From contig NC_043000.1 of assembly GCF_006345805.1 (NCBI RefSeq), positions 132,184,001 to 132,248,000 on the forward strand: a stretch of 64,000 nt of DNA, written 5' to 3'. How positions within the stretch are numbered: the first letter of the stretch is position 1; every line of letters starts with the position of its first letter. Positions 41,093 through 53,504 of the stretch are shown in pieces. Source of the stretch: Octopus sinensis. Its lineage: Eukaryota. The notes below the pieces were generated by a model that did no database searches, was not told the DNA's origin, and was given only the letters and a program-made list of their open reading frames with translations. The position numbers were made by a program, and so were the translations under genes.

Positions 41093-42496
41093 TATATGAG
41101 ATACTCTCACTTCTATTCATCCTTTTGGAAACATTTGCCTTGAATAAATGAAAAACATTGTAGAGATGAGAGAATTCTTTTTCTCTGTAGCATTGGTATC
41201 CTGAAAAATGCACCCAATATGCTCTATAAAGTGTTTGTTGCTATGAAGGGTATCCAGCTATAGAAAGTGTGCTAAAACAGAACACAAATGGTGTCTACAT
41301 AGAGCTGGAAGGGCATCCGGCCGTAGAAAGCTTGCCACACGCTTAGCGCTGCGTATATGTGCATACATTTTGTAGGCGCAGGCATGGCTGTGTGGTTAGG
41401 AAGCTTGCTTCTAAGCTACATGGTTTCGGGTTCAGTCCCACTGCGTGGCACTTTGGGTAGGTGTCTTCCACTATAGCCCCGAGCCGACCGAAGCTTTGTG
41501 ATTGAATTCGGTAGGCGGAAGTTACTGCCGTGTGTGTATATGTGCGTGTAGGTGCTTGTGCCTCTCCGAAAGAGAGAGAGGGAATTAAGTGTATCTGAAA
41601 GGATATAAAGCAATGCTGGTAACCGTAATACATATTGGTGAGAAGTCACCAATAAAGCACTACGTCAAACAAGAAATGCCTAACAGTGATTAACTCTACT
41701 CCTCAATGCTGCCACTCCTGAGTTTTGAACAAACACTCCTTTGTAATTTTTGCCAACAGAAATGAAAGTAAACAAGTGATCAACTCCTTGGAGAATTATA
41801 ACCAATGAGACAGTTGTTTAGAAATGCATTATACATATAGAAACAAAAGAAATAGGTGAGGCTTTATGATCACAAATGTTTCAGTTTTAAAAACGCCAAG
41901 GTGACCAACTGCTCCTAAACATAGGCCCTAATGCAACAGAAGTAAACCAACATCATCAACATTTAACGTCCATTTTCCTTGCTGGCATGGGTTGGACAGT
42001 TTGACTGAAAATTGGTAATCTGAGGAGCTGCACCAGGTTTCAATCTGATTTGGCATGGTTTCTACAGCTGGATGCCCTTCCTAATGCCAACCACTCCAAG
42101 AGCGCAGTGGGTGCTTTTTATGTGCCACCAGCACAGGTGCCAATTATGAAACACTGGCATCAGTCACAACTACAATATATCACTAGGCTTGACAGGTTTT
42201 CTCAAGCACAGTATATTGCCAAAGGTCTCAGTCACTTGTCACTGCCTCTGTGAGGTCATAAAATAATGATCAAATTCAATTTAAATACTAACTCAGGTTT
42301 ACAAATACTAATATTTCAACTATATTATAGAAATATAGGCATCCTTATAAACTGAACAGTTTGAAATTAAAAAAATACTACTTGTATATTAGATAATATA
42401 TAATATATACATATATAAATATATTGATAGAAATGGTAAGACAACAAAAGAATGAAAGAGACCTCGATATTATGTTAATAGAGGAATTTATCTGAA

Positions 42497-42579
42497 AATA
42501 TAATGTGACAATTATTCAGTAGCCATGATAAAACTCAGAGTTTTATCATGGCTACTGAATAGTTGTCACATATTATATT
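42497..42579. repeat. Palindrome with 33-bp core arms and a 1-nt centre
   Basis: TGTGACAATTATTCAGTAGCCATGATAAAACTC-A-GAGTTTTATCATGGCTACTGAATAGTTGTCACA. Confidence 0.9.
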
Positions 42580-42597
42580 TACAGATACAGACACACA

Positions 42598-42633
<36 letters not shown>

Positions 42634-43216
42634 TGTGTATAAATTTCAGATTAACCACAATTTAATGAATGAGAGGAGCAAAATGAATTTCAACTTTTGG
42701 AAATAGCAGATGACTTGACTGAAAACTGGCCACAGGAAAAGACAATTGGAGGGAGATAAAACTGATATGCCAACATGGAAAAATGATTAGACATATGCTG
42801 ATGACAATGATGATCATAATGCAACACTGAAATAATAAATGTGTTAATATAACCTGTTAAAAAGTTTAAGCTTTCAATAAATGCAAACATCTTTTAATGC
42901 TGAAAGGGAATGCCATACTGCTTATCAAATGTTTATTTTCTACAGGTGTAAATCAGGTTTATAGTTATTCTACCTCTTAACTTGTCTTGTCATCACAAGC
43001 AGTAAAACCATCAAAAGGAATTTTTATTTTTCTTATATTTGTTTTCATCTAATTTTCTCTTGCTCTATCCCAGTAATTGTAAAGTATCAACTACCTAAAT
43101 CAGATTGTTCGATAGTCAATTGTTATAGGACCATAAATTTCACTATAACTTGATATTAGTAAAATCATTATTTTCAAGAGAAGAGCGAAATCAAAGTCGT
43201 ATGTGACAAATGAATA

Positions 43217-43279
<63 letters not shown>

Positions 43280-44041
43280 TAAGATAAACAACTAGACGCA
43301 ATGTAATATAAACAGCTAGATGCAATGTGATACCATAAAGGAAGAAATGTGATGTTAAGACACCTACATTTCTAGAAATAAGAGCTAGATGCTTTTAATG
43401 CTGTAGGAAAAGCCCAAATGTATACGCATATGCTGATAGGGGATGTAATTGCCCCACCACCAATATTGTCGGTATTTCTGAGATAAGAAATTATGAATAT
43501 TATAACACCAATATATTCAGGTTAGTGTCTTCATTCTGGTTGTTATAAGTTACTAAAACAACCAAGATGTGAACACCACTCCAAATATGTCAATGTATGG
43601 TAACCAATAAACATGTCCTTACACCAATCTTTTATAAAGATTTCACAATTTAATAAATGTATGTTATCAGTTCTATGGAGTTCTGACTAATACTGACTAT
43701 AGACTATATATTAAAATATAATTAGCAACAACTACTCAAATGAGCAATATCTACTAATTGATAAATAATCGGTACAGCCAATGCATCCTCAAGATTTGAT
43801 TTTAAACTTACATTTTTAGTTACTCGAGATAATATTCAGAATATTGATTTTCTAATTAGATATTGAAGCATTCCACAACTTTTAATGATGGTTGTAAACT
43901 TTCATCCTTGGAGTCAGATAAATACCATCAGTTGTTCCTTAAACTAGTTTTGCTTTTTTCTCAAGCCAAATTCATTGTGGTATCTAAGTTAAGCACTGCA
44001 AGCTAATGAGGTACTTCTCAATTATATAGTTGTTCTAGTGT

Positions 44042-44274
44042 AAGGCGGCGAGCTGGCAGAACCATTAACACGCCGGGCGAAATGCATAGCCATATTTCGT
44101 CTGCCGTTACGTTCCGAGTTCAAATTCCACCGAGGTTGACTTTGCCTTTCATCCTTTCAGGGTCAATAAATTAAGTACCAGTTATGCATGGGGTCAATGT
44201 AATCGACTTAATCCGTTTGTCTGTCCTTGTTTGTCCCCTCCATGTTTAGTCCCTTGTGGATAATAAAGAAACAT
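44042..44274 (+). mobile_element. SINE family A with 18-bp TSD
   Basis: TSD ATATAGTTGTTCTA(G/A)TGT at 44024-44041 and 44275-44292. Confidence 0.85.
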
Positions 44275-45586
44275 ATATAGTTGTTCTAATGTTTATAATG
44301 ATAAATTGTACTATCTGGTAGTACCTACATAAAATTAGGTGGGCAAGGTCTTTGAGAATGAGGTACAGTAACCACAGCACAGATGGTGGGATATGAACCA
44401 ACGCATCTTCAGCAAGTAGGCTAGAGCCCTATTAACTTGGTCAGGTGTCAAGTATATTGTATAATTTGTCATTGTACATTGCACTTATGTTTCTACAATA
44501 GCTTCAACAATTCAGAATGAATTACTCCAATTCTAACAAACAATTCTTAGTATTTTAGTTCACCAGTATAACAAGGAATTGGGCAGTGACAAGTTTATGA
44601 AAGGTTTTTGATTACTCTTAAATGAATAGCTTAATAGATGTACCAGAATAAACTATAAAGGATATATTGCAAATCTTTCTGTGTATCCTTCTGGGATTTT
44701 TTTTTTTTTTCAATTATTTATTTTAAATATCTTTGCCTTGAAAATAAATCAATCTAAATATTGAGGTATTTTTAATGCTAAATGAATAATCTTAATAAGA
44801 CACCATGCCAATGTTGTAGTATTTCAAAAGGGACTGTATTGTTACTGAATTATGAGAAAGTGGATTTAATGAGGCCCTTTATGATCACTGATTTAAAATG
44901 GAATTTAAAAATTAGTATTCTACTCTGCTGGTTTTGTACATTACTTTCCTTGATAGTATTTTTTGTGTTGTGATGATAAGGCAATGTTAGTTATATTGAA
45001 GGCATCTTTCTAGATCTTTTTCTGTATTAACACAAAATTTCCAATAATTTTTTTTATCAGATTCCTTTTACATCAATTTTGACTTAATGAGAATTAAATA
45101 ATTTCTGCTGAAATTATCATCAAAGTTCAAGAACATTCACACAAAAGACTTAACATTCTAAATAAGAAAGGCGAGGGATAACTGAGTGTTTTATCTTGAG
45201 AAGAATACTTAAATTCGTATTAACAACTGAGGATTTCACTTGACAAAACTATAAAATATATACAGCTTAAAGGCTTTCAGAAGGTAATGAACGTTTCCCT
45301 AAAATGCACGTTCATTTATTTACAAAAATATAATTGTTTATTATGATTTTGCTAGTTATCTTCCTTTGATATGTGTATTTGCTTACAACAAATTAATATT
45401 AAAATTACCAACAACATTTTGTTATACTGCAATACAATACATATTTTTCTAATACTTTTTTTTAAAATCAAATTTTAAACTAATTAAAATAAATTTCGTA
45501 TATATCATATATGACCGTTTAAAGACATAACTCAATAAGTTCCTACTGCGAAACTTACTAAAGTTTAACAAAATCAGGATACTTAC

Positions 45587-46647
45587 TTATGGCACGAACG
45601 ACAGTGGTCATCATATTGGATGTTTCCTTCATTCATGATTTCTTCTCTTACTGCATTTGTCGCAAGGAACAAATCGGTCAGAGTCTGAAGTACCTTCAAC
45701 CTGTCTTCGATGCCAACAAACGGAAAATCAGTCTTCTCCAAAATCTCAAGAGTCTCTTTATATTCTTGGTTTCGGTCACTGTCCAAGTAGGCTCGGACCA
45801 GCTCCGTCCAAGTCATTCCATCTAAAAAATACAAAGCTATGTTGATACTGTCTTTCAAATCGTGGGCACCGAATGTTGTATTATTTGCTTCCTCTTCCCT
45901 TTGAAGGGCTTTCAGCAGTGTTATATGGATCTCTGCCAGCAGTAGACACTGTTCATCACTATTTAAAGCAGAGCAAAAGTCTTCGAATAAAAAAGGAGAT
46001 AATCGTAAAATTGACCGAAAATGTCTAAGTACTTCGTAGACGCTTAATGCTGACATTAAATATTCAATGGGTAACATAAGATCAGTAGCGGGTGCAGGCA
46101 GGTTCAAAGGAGGAATTTCACGGGTTTCGTCTAAATCCGGAGTTTTGGGCCGCCGTGAATGGTATCTTCTTTTGCTCACAGAACCCACCGTACTATAACT
46201 CTCTTCGCTGTGTATAGATTCAGACTCTTCATAGGTATCATCCGAACAACGGTCTTCATCGACATTATCCATATCTGTTAAGTCACTAGATTTGTCAGGT
46301 TCTACCTCTGAATGTTTATGTTCATCATCGTCGTCTTCGAGCATTTGTAAGATGTAGCTACGGCTTTTCTGAGCGGCCTCCCTTAGACGGGCACCCCTAC
46401 TACTGCTCATACTAATGCCGCTGGCCGTAGAGCCAGCCCTACCCGTGTGATGATGGTGACTATGAGGTGTTAAATGAGAGCTACTACCAGCATATGCTCC
46501 TGTGGAACTTTGTATTCCACCGTCAAAGTGGTGGCTATCTCCAAACGTACCATGATAGAAAGCTTTAGGTCTTTTCAGAAAATTGGTCCGACCCGACAAT
46601 GGGGTTTTTGGCGGACGACCTCTCGCACGCCTCGATTTCGTAGACAT
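45587..46647 (-). CDS. BPTF: BPTF/NURF301 coding exon 1 (AT-hook, acidic region, DDT, WHIM1, start of PHD1)
   Basis: ORF MSTKSRRARGRPPK...SVYEVLRHFRSILRLSPFLFEDFC (DDT)...FLDGMTWTELVRAYL...YDDHCRSCH. Ends CAT AA|GTAAGT (donor 45586-45581), phase 2. Confidence 0.97.
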
Positions 46648-46649
46648 TT

Positions 46650-47450
46650 TTCACGACAAGTACGTTATCTATATGGAATAAAGCATATTTTTAGAATAGA
46701 TCTTAATAATACAAAGCGTATTTAGATGTGGATTATGAGCATTTTAACAGTGGTCCAGGTTGAACAGTTAGGAAAGCCGCCATTTTCTCTCCCCCCCATC
46801 ACCATCGCAGTCACGTGACCAGCCAACTATATGTTAACGGACGGGCATGGCTGTAAAGGCAACGGTAGCGGGGCTGTTTCCCCCCTGTGCTTAGATTGAA
46901 GCCAAGTAGTAATGTTTGGAGAGTGTTCACTCACCTGCAAGACAGCAAAACGAATTAAATTGTCCTTTAAATATGCAATGGCCTCCACAATATATCTATT
47001 CCGTGACTATTGTGAGAAAATGCAGAGTATGAAGGCGGAGGAGTACGGAGCCAGTGACAACAACAAGAAGCCAGGCCGATTCTCAATGTTGTAGAACAAC
47101 AAGCGGTCCAGTAACGCATTTTACAATTGGATCAATCGTTTCCTGGCTTTTTTTCTGCTTTCTTTAACGACAACTCCACATTTGAGGCTGGCATGATTCT
47201 CATATTATTTTGGCGTAATGTCTACAATCAAATGTCAGGGTACAACCGGCTTCCTGGTACCTATGTCGGCGTGATTCGGGAATTAGACGACCAAGTCTGG
47301 CGTATACACACACCAGAAGTAACCAATAAGCGACGAGCTTACATGTATAATATGGTGGCAGGGACACAACAGAGATAAATTAAATCAAAATCCGGAATCG
47401 TATACGAAATAAACGAAATACGAATCAGACACCTTAATTGCATTGTACAA
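46650..47450 (-). promoter_or_regulatory. CpG-rich promoter/5' region of BPTF with YY1-type and E-box motifs
   Basis: CpGs are retained here although depleted in most of the window. AAAATGGCGGC (46786-46776, minus) and the palindrome GTCACGTGAC (46810-46819) lie 130-170 nt upstream of the ATG. Confidence 0.7.
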
Positions 47451-47906
47451 TTGATAGGCTATAAAAGCATCTTAATTATATTTATCGATTTCAATAAAAA
47501 CAAAGATGCTTTGTTTCTTTTTAATTTAAATAAAATTTTTATATTCGTTATTAATATAAGTAACACATATTTGTATTAATTCTTTCAATACGTTATTTCC
47601 TTATCCTAATTTGACAAATGGATGAGGTTTGATACTAAAATAAAAGTGGCACGAAGTGGGACATTTTATACAGTCGACCACTATTGTGTTTATATAAACA
47701 TGTGTATGTAGCTAACCCGACCTCGCAATGCCATACATCATGGAAGGGCGGGAATTTATGATTGTCTTTCTGTTAGTAAATTATTTTGTTATTAGTAATT
47801 GAAATTCATACAACGATAAAATATACAAAGATTTCTACATAGAATTTTATATATCTCTGCCTTATATATTCGCTTATAATTTTATATATATACTGGACAT
47901 ATGCAA

Positions 47907-47962
<56 letters not shown>

Positions 47963-48339
47963 TATACATGTGAAAATTTATACATATATATATATATATA
48001 TTAATTATATCTGTAAAATATATATAATTTATTAATTTATAAATATAATTTATGTCTGTGTGTGTGTGTGTGGATATATGTATATAAATTTATATACATA
48101 GATAGATACAGATATGTGTATGTGTACATATATTTATGTAGGTGTGCGTATCAACATCACATATTTACGTCGCTTTTTGGGTCGTCCCGATTATTGGTTG
48201 TTATTGGGAAATGCTACTTTTATAGACTGGTGCTTGTAGCGTCATTTGGGTTTGTTTTTTAAAGCTCGATACCCTTCCTATCACCAACCAATATACTAAT
48301 TTACATACACACACACACACACACACACATATATACGTA

Positions 48340-48431
48340 TGTCTATGTAATACAAAGTAATGTGTGTGTGTGTATATATACTCTCATATATATACACATT
48401 ACCTTATATTGCATATACATATACATATATG

Positions 48432-48525
<94 letters not shown>

Positions 48526-48566
48526 CTTACATACATTACTTTATGTTGCATATACATATTATATAC

Positions 48567-48602
<36 letters not shown>

Positions 48603-48707
48603 ATATATATATTTATATATATATGTATATATATATATATATATTATATATATATATATGTGTATATATATATATGTATATATATATGTATGTATATATA
48701 TATATGA

Positions 48708-48764
<57 letters not shown>

Positions 48765-48790
48765 ATATGATATGATATACTGACAATATA
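48340..48790. repeat. (TA)n-rich microsatellite (others at ~9554-9630, 43219-43276, 47908-47960; (CTA)n ~61750-61818)
   Basis: Visible directly. Confidence 0.95.
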
Positions 48791-49163
48791 TATATGCATA
48801 TATTCTTTTATATGTTTCAGCCCTAAGATTGTGGCCTCATTGGGACACATGCGCATGCACACACACACGCACACACAGAACTTTCAGAATCAGAGAACAG
48901 GAAATAATGATGAATATATTCTGACTACTGAGACTACTGCTGCCAGCTATGGTCACCACTCAATATAAAATTAACAGCAAAGCTTTAAACAATCCAGCGA
49001 AGTTACACAAAGAAAATCATCTCAGTGCAACATTTGAACTACTGTGAAAGGCTAAAAAATTGTCATTTTAGTAAATAAATAAATAAATTGACATAATATA
49101 ATGTCTAAAAGTTGATGAACCACCTATTGATCCCCTCCATTTTTTTATTGCTCTCTCTCTCTT

Positions 49164-49201
<38 letters not shown>

Positions 49202-49329
49202 ACATATATACATTTATGTACATCCTCATCATCCTCATGAAAATAGACGTTAAATGATGATGATGTCTTTACACGTGGTAGATGTGCAGGTACATTAAAC
49301 ACCAATAATGTACAAAAAATAGACTCTCT

Positions 49330-49800
49330 CAAATGTCAGTGGTGTGCGATCCTTAGAAGTAGTAGACAGTTTTCAAGAGCAGGAGACAGTTTCCAAGTTA
49401 GTAGTTGGGGGGGGGGGTCTGAAAGCATAGCTGTTAGAATAAGAATAGGCTGGGCGAAGTTCAGAGAGCTTCTACCTCTGCTAGTAATGAAGGGCCGCTC
49501 CCTCAGAGTGAAAGGCAGATTGTATGATGCCTGTGTATGAACAGCTATGTTACATGACAGTGAGACACAGGCTGTGACCAGAGGACATGCAAAGGCTTGA
49601 AAGAAATGAAGCCAGTATGCTCCACTGGATGAGTAATGTCAGTATACATATGGGATAGAGTGTAAGTGATTTGAGAGGAAAACTGGATATATGAGGCATC
49701 AGATGTAGTGTGCAAGAGAGAACACTATGCTGGTATGGTCATGCAATGCATATGAATGAAGACAGTAGCATCAAGAGGTGCCAATCTCTAATTGTAGAGG
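49330..49800 (+). mobile_element. RTE LINE fragment
   Basis: RIGWAKFRELLPLL / RVKGRLYDACV homology to the other RTE copies. Confidence 0.8.
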
Positions 49801-49866
49801 AAAACAAGCGAGTTAAATGAGCAAACAACAAGAGAAAAAAAGGAAAACAGGACAAGTAAACACAGA

Positions 49867-49934
49867 GAATGACCCTTCATCAGTTGTCGGCTGTCTATCT
49901 ACTCCTCATTTCGAGCATTCAACGACAATATGAG
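49867..49934 (-). ncRNA. Non-circularly permuted hammerhead ribozyme candidate, copy 1
   Basis: CTCAT-A-TTGTCG-TT-GAATGCTC-GAAA-TGAG-(15 nt)-CGACAA-CTGATGA-AGGGTCATTC. All three stems and the full core are present. Confidence 0.7.
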
Positions 49935-50620
49935 TCTTCAAAGACAGTTGCTCCATAAATTCTAAAATAAAATTTAGGATTTATGGAAGGTCAAAGTTGG
50001 GTACAAAAACAGGACAGTGGAGACATACAAAGAAACCAAATGAGAGGAAAATAGTGAACGCTGGGAGAAATATTTTCTTTCAAAAGAAAAAAGATAGAAG
50101 AGGGAGAAAGAAAATGTCCAGTCCTTTGAATGTCTGCGTAGGAAAAAAAACATGGTCACGTGAGGAAAAGAAAGATGGACAATGGTCACGTGTGAGCAAT
50201 GAGAGAGGGAAAAAGAGAAAGAGAGGGAGACAGTCAGATAGAAAATGGTGAAAGAGGGAGGGGTAAAAAAGGGAATTAGAGAAGGAAGAAAACAGAATAG
50301 AGTCATGTCCGCTAGCCACTAACGTTTCTTTTATTCTCTCTGTTTATTTTCTTGTGTTCCTTTCTGTTGAAGAGCGTAAGCTTGAAACATAGAAGACTTT
50401 TTCACCTTCCCGAGCATTAAACTAATACACCTGTTTGTTGTTCAGACACCTGTCTTCGTCCTTTGTTTTTCTTTTTTGTAAATTCCAAGTATATGTGTGT
50501 GTGTGTGTGTATGGGTGTAGGTCGTCACCAACTGTGTAAACAACATGAAATACGAAAACAAACGAGTTAAATGTGCAAGCAATGAGACAAAAAAAGGAAA
50601 ACAGGGCAAGTAAACACAGA

Positions 50621-50688
50621 GAATGATCCTTCATCAGTTGTCGGCTGTCTATCTACTCCTCATTTCAAGCATTCAACGACAATATGAG
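50621..50688 (-). ncRNA. Non-circularly permuted hammerhead ribozyme candidate, copy 2
   Basis: Direct repeat of copy 1, offset 754 bp. Only two substitutions within the motif, both in stem II (CTC>CTT, AGGGT>AGGAT). Confidence 0.65.
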
Positions 50689-50727
50689 TCTACATATATA
50701 TATATACACATAGGCATATATACATAA

Positions 50728-50770
<43 letters not shown>

Positions 50771-51018
50771 CACACATATATATGAACACACACACATATA
50801 TCATTATCATCATTGTTTCAATGTCCATTTTTCTAACCTTATATAGATCAGACAGAATTCATGAAGCAGGTTTTCTACAGCTGGCTGTCCTTTCCAAGCA
50901 AGGTGGTAATTCTTGGTCAGGCATGTTTTCATGGAATATTGGAAGTGAATAACATTCAACCATAATAATCCAATGATGTCAAGACAATTAGACACAAACA
51001 CACACATACATACACATG

Positions 51019-51069
<51 letters not shown>

Positions 51070-51316
51070 TTTAAATCTAAAGTGTTATGTAAAAAGCATT
51101 AGTGTGGATGCTTGTCCTACATACAAAAATTACTGGTGCCAGCACCATGTAAAAAGCACCCAGTATGCTCTGTAGAGTGGTTGGTGTTAGAAAGGGCATT
51201 AAGCTGTAGAAACCAAACTAAAACAGATGGAATCTGGTGTGGCCCCTGGCCTTGCTAGTTCCTGTCAAGCCATCGAACCCGTGCCAGAATGGAAAATGGA
51301 TGTTGGCTGTTGGTGT

Positions 51317-51351
<35 letters not shown>

Positions 51352-52199
51352 ATGATGATGGTGGTGGTGGTGGTGGTGGTGGTGGTGGTGATATACATAC
51401 ACATATATGTGTGTGTGTATGATGGGCTTCTTCTGCTTTCCATCTGGGATGGTGCGATGTCTTGACTTGTGCATGACATGGATTAAAGTGAGTGAGGGAG
51501 GGTTGTGTAATGTCATCTGCCTCATTCTCTTGTCCTTTCCTGTCTGATTCTAGTAGCAGGACTAAGTCAAAACAACTAGAGATAGGTCAAGATGCTGTGG
51601 ATGGCTGCAACATCGTTCATCTCACACTGTGTCCTGTTGGCACTCCACAATGCCTACTGGTCCACCCTTCTGTCAGTTGAATCAATCTGGTAGTTTCTTC
51701 CACACAGTTTGTCAGGAGCAGTCTTCACATGCATAGGGAGACAAGCTCTAGCTCACCGAATGTTTGAGACATGCCAGCTACCTTCATTATGGTTTAACCA
51801 GTCTGTTGAAGCATTGTCCAGAATCTGGCTGCTGTTGCATGCAGACATCTTTGAGGAGCCACAGGCAAGAGCTAGATGTCAGGTGAGGACTGCTGCATTC
51901 TGAGTTCAAATTCCGCCATGGTCGACTTTGCCTTTCATCCTTTTGGGGTCGATAAATTAAGCACCAATTACACACTGGGGTCGATGTAATCGACTTAATC
52001 CATTTGTCTGTCCTTGTTTGTCCCCTCTGTGTTTAGCCCCTTGTGGGAAGTAAAGAAATAGGTGAGGGTCACACACACAAACACATATTGTAGAATGGCT
52101 AAAAAGTGTGATTGGTTTTTGTCAACACTAAAATTCAAGCAGTCAAGTTGCTGACTTCAGTCTGTCCTTTGCACTTGTATACTTGTTAGATACTTGACA

Positions 52200-52490
52200 C
52201 TTCAACATTCTTTGATGCAAACTTGTGATATGACAGGTTGTATTTTGTGTGCGTGGGATCAGCCTGAAAATGAAGAGCCAAAACAAATATTATCAACACC
52301 TCATGCTTTTTATTTTCAATAAGACAAGAAAGTGGCAGAAATCTGCAGGAAGATATGTGCTGTGTACAGATAGAATGCTGTTATGGAATGTGTGTGCCAG
52401 AAGTGGTCTTCAAGACTTCCTTCATTGATTAAGTAAATTGCTTTGAGTTTAAAACTTGAAAAAACAAATTGACTTTTTGCCAACCCAACA
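52200..52490 (+). mobile_element. mariner N-terminal fragment
   Basis: HLMLFIFNK...EICRKICAVY...ECVCQKW remnant. Confidence 0.6.
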
Positions 52491-52504
52491 TACATACATA
52501 CATG

Positions 52505-52564
<60 letters not shown>

Positions 52565-53032
52565 TACACACACATACACACATACACACATGCACTCACA
52601 GAAACACAGACACACACACACATACATATATACATTCATACATACATACACACATACATATATCAGTTGCATACAGTAATGGCAATCACTTAAAGTGAAT
52701 GGAACTTGTGGAAGAGGGAAACCCAGGAAGACATGGGATGAAGCATTGAAGGCTAATCTAAAAACACTGAACCTTACGAAGGAGATGACTTAGGACCAAA
52801 ATATGTGGTGCATTGCTGTACTCAAGAACACCCATCCACCACAGCAGAATTGATACTGGTGGTGGTGCCACATAAAATACACCTAGCACACTCCGTGTAA
52901 TGGTTAGTGCTAGAAAGGGCATCCAACTGTAGAAACTATGCCAGAACGGACAACTGAGCCTGATACAGCCCCTGGCCTAACCAGCTTTGATCAAACTGTC
53001 CAACCCATGTCAGCATGGAAAACGGACATTAA

Positions 53033-53118
<86 letters not shown>

Positions 53119-53504
53119 CAAATAAGAAAATGGAGGAGCACAATAGTTGGTTCATCAACTTTAGGACATTAAAAATGTTAACTTATTTATTTATTAAACT
53201 GATAATTATAATAACATACATACATATAGCATATTATTCCTATGCATATAAAATAAGGATACAAGTAATTATTAAAAAACATGAATATAAATTATTAAAA
53301 TAACTTACAGCTGTTTCAGCCCATAGATAAAAGCATCTCATTCTGCTTATATTAGTCAAGTGTATTGAGGTAATAGGCAGTTGAAAATTATATATATATA
53401 TATATTTAATATTAGTGTTTGTTTTTAGTATAACATAAAAACAATTTTACACTGAATTGAAGGATTACTGAATACATTTGGTAAAGGACAAATTTATTAT
53501 TCAT

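Larger units (their letters stand above)
49803..50692 (-). mobile_element. Non-autonomous PLE/retrozyme-like element (754-bp unit plus ~135-bp terminal direct repeat)
   Basis: 49803-49936 is repeated at 50557-50690. No credible ORF. One end abuts a (TA)n/(CA)n tract and the other an RTE fragment. Confidence 0.6.

Noticed and set aside
47127-47378. 83-aa plus-strand ORF as a divergent gene
   Set aside because: TTG start, no recognisable motif and no convincing donor; better explained as GC-rich promoter/UTR.
53303-53360. GAAACAGCTGTA (minus), same as the 11341 HHR half
   Set aside because: The CUGANGA half is unrecognisable; at most a dead remnant.
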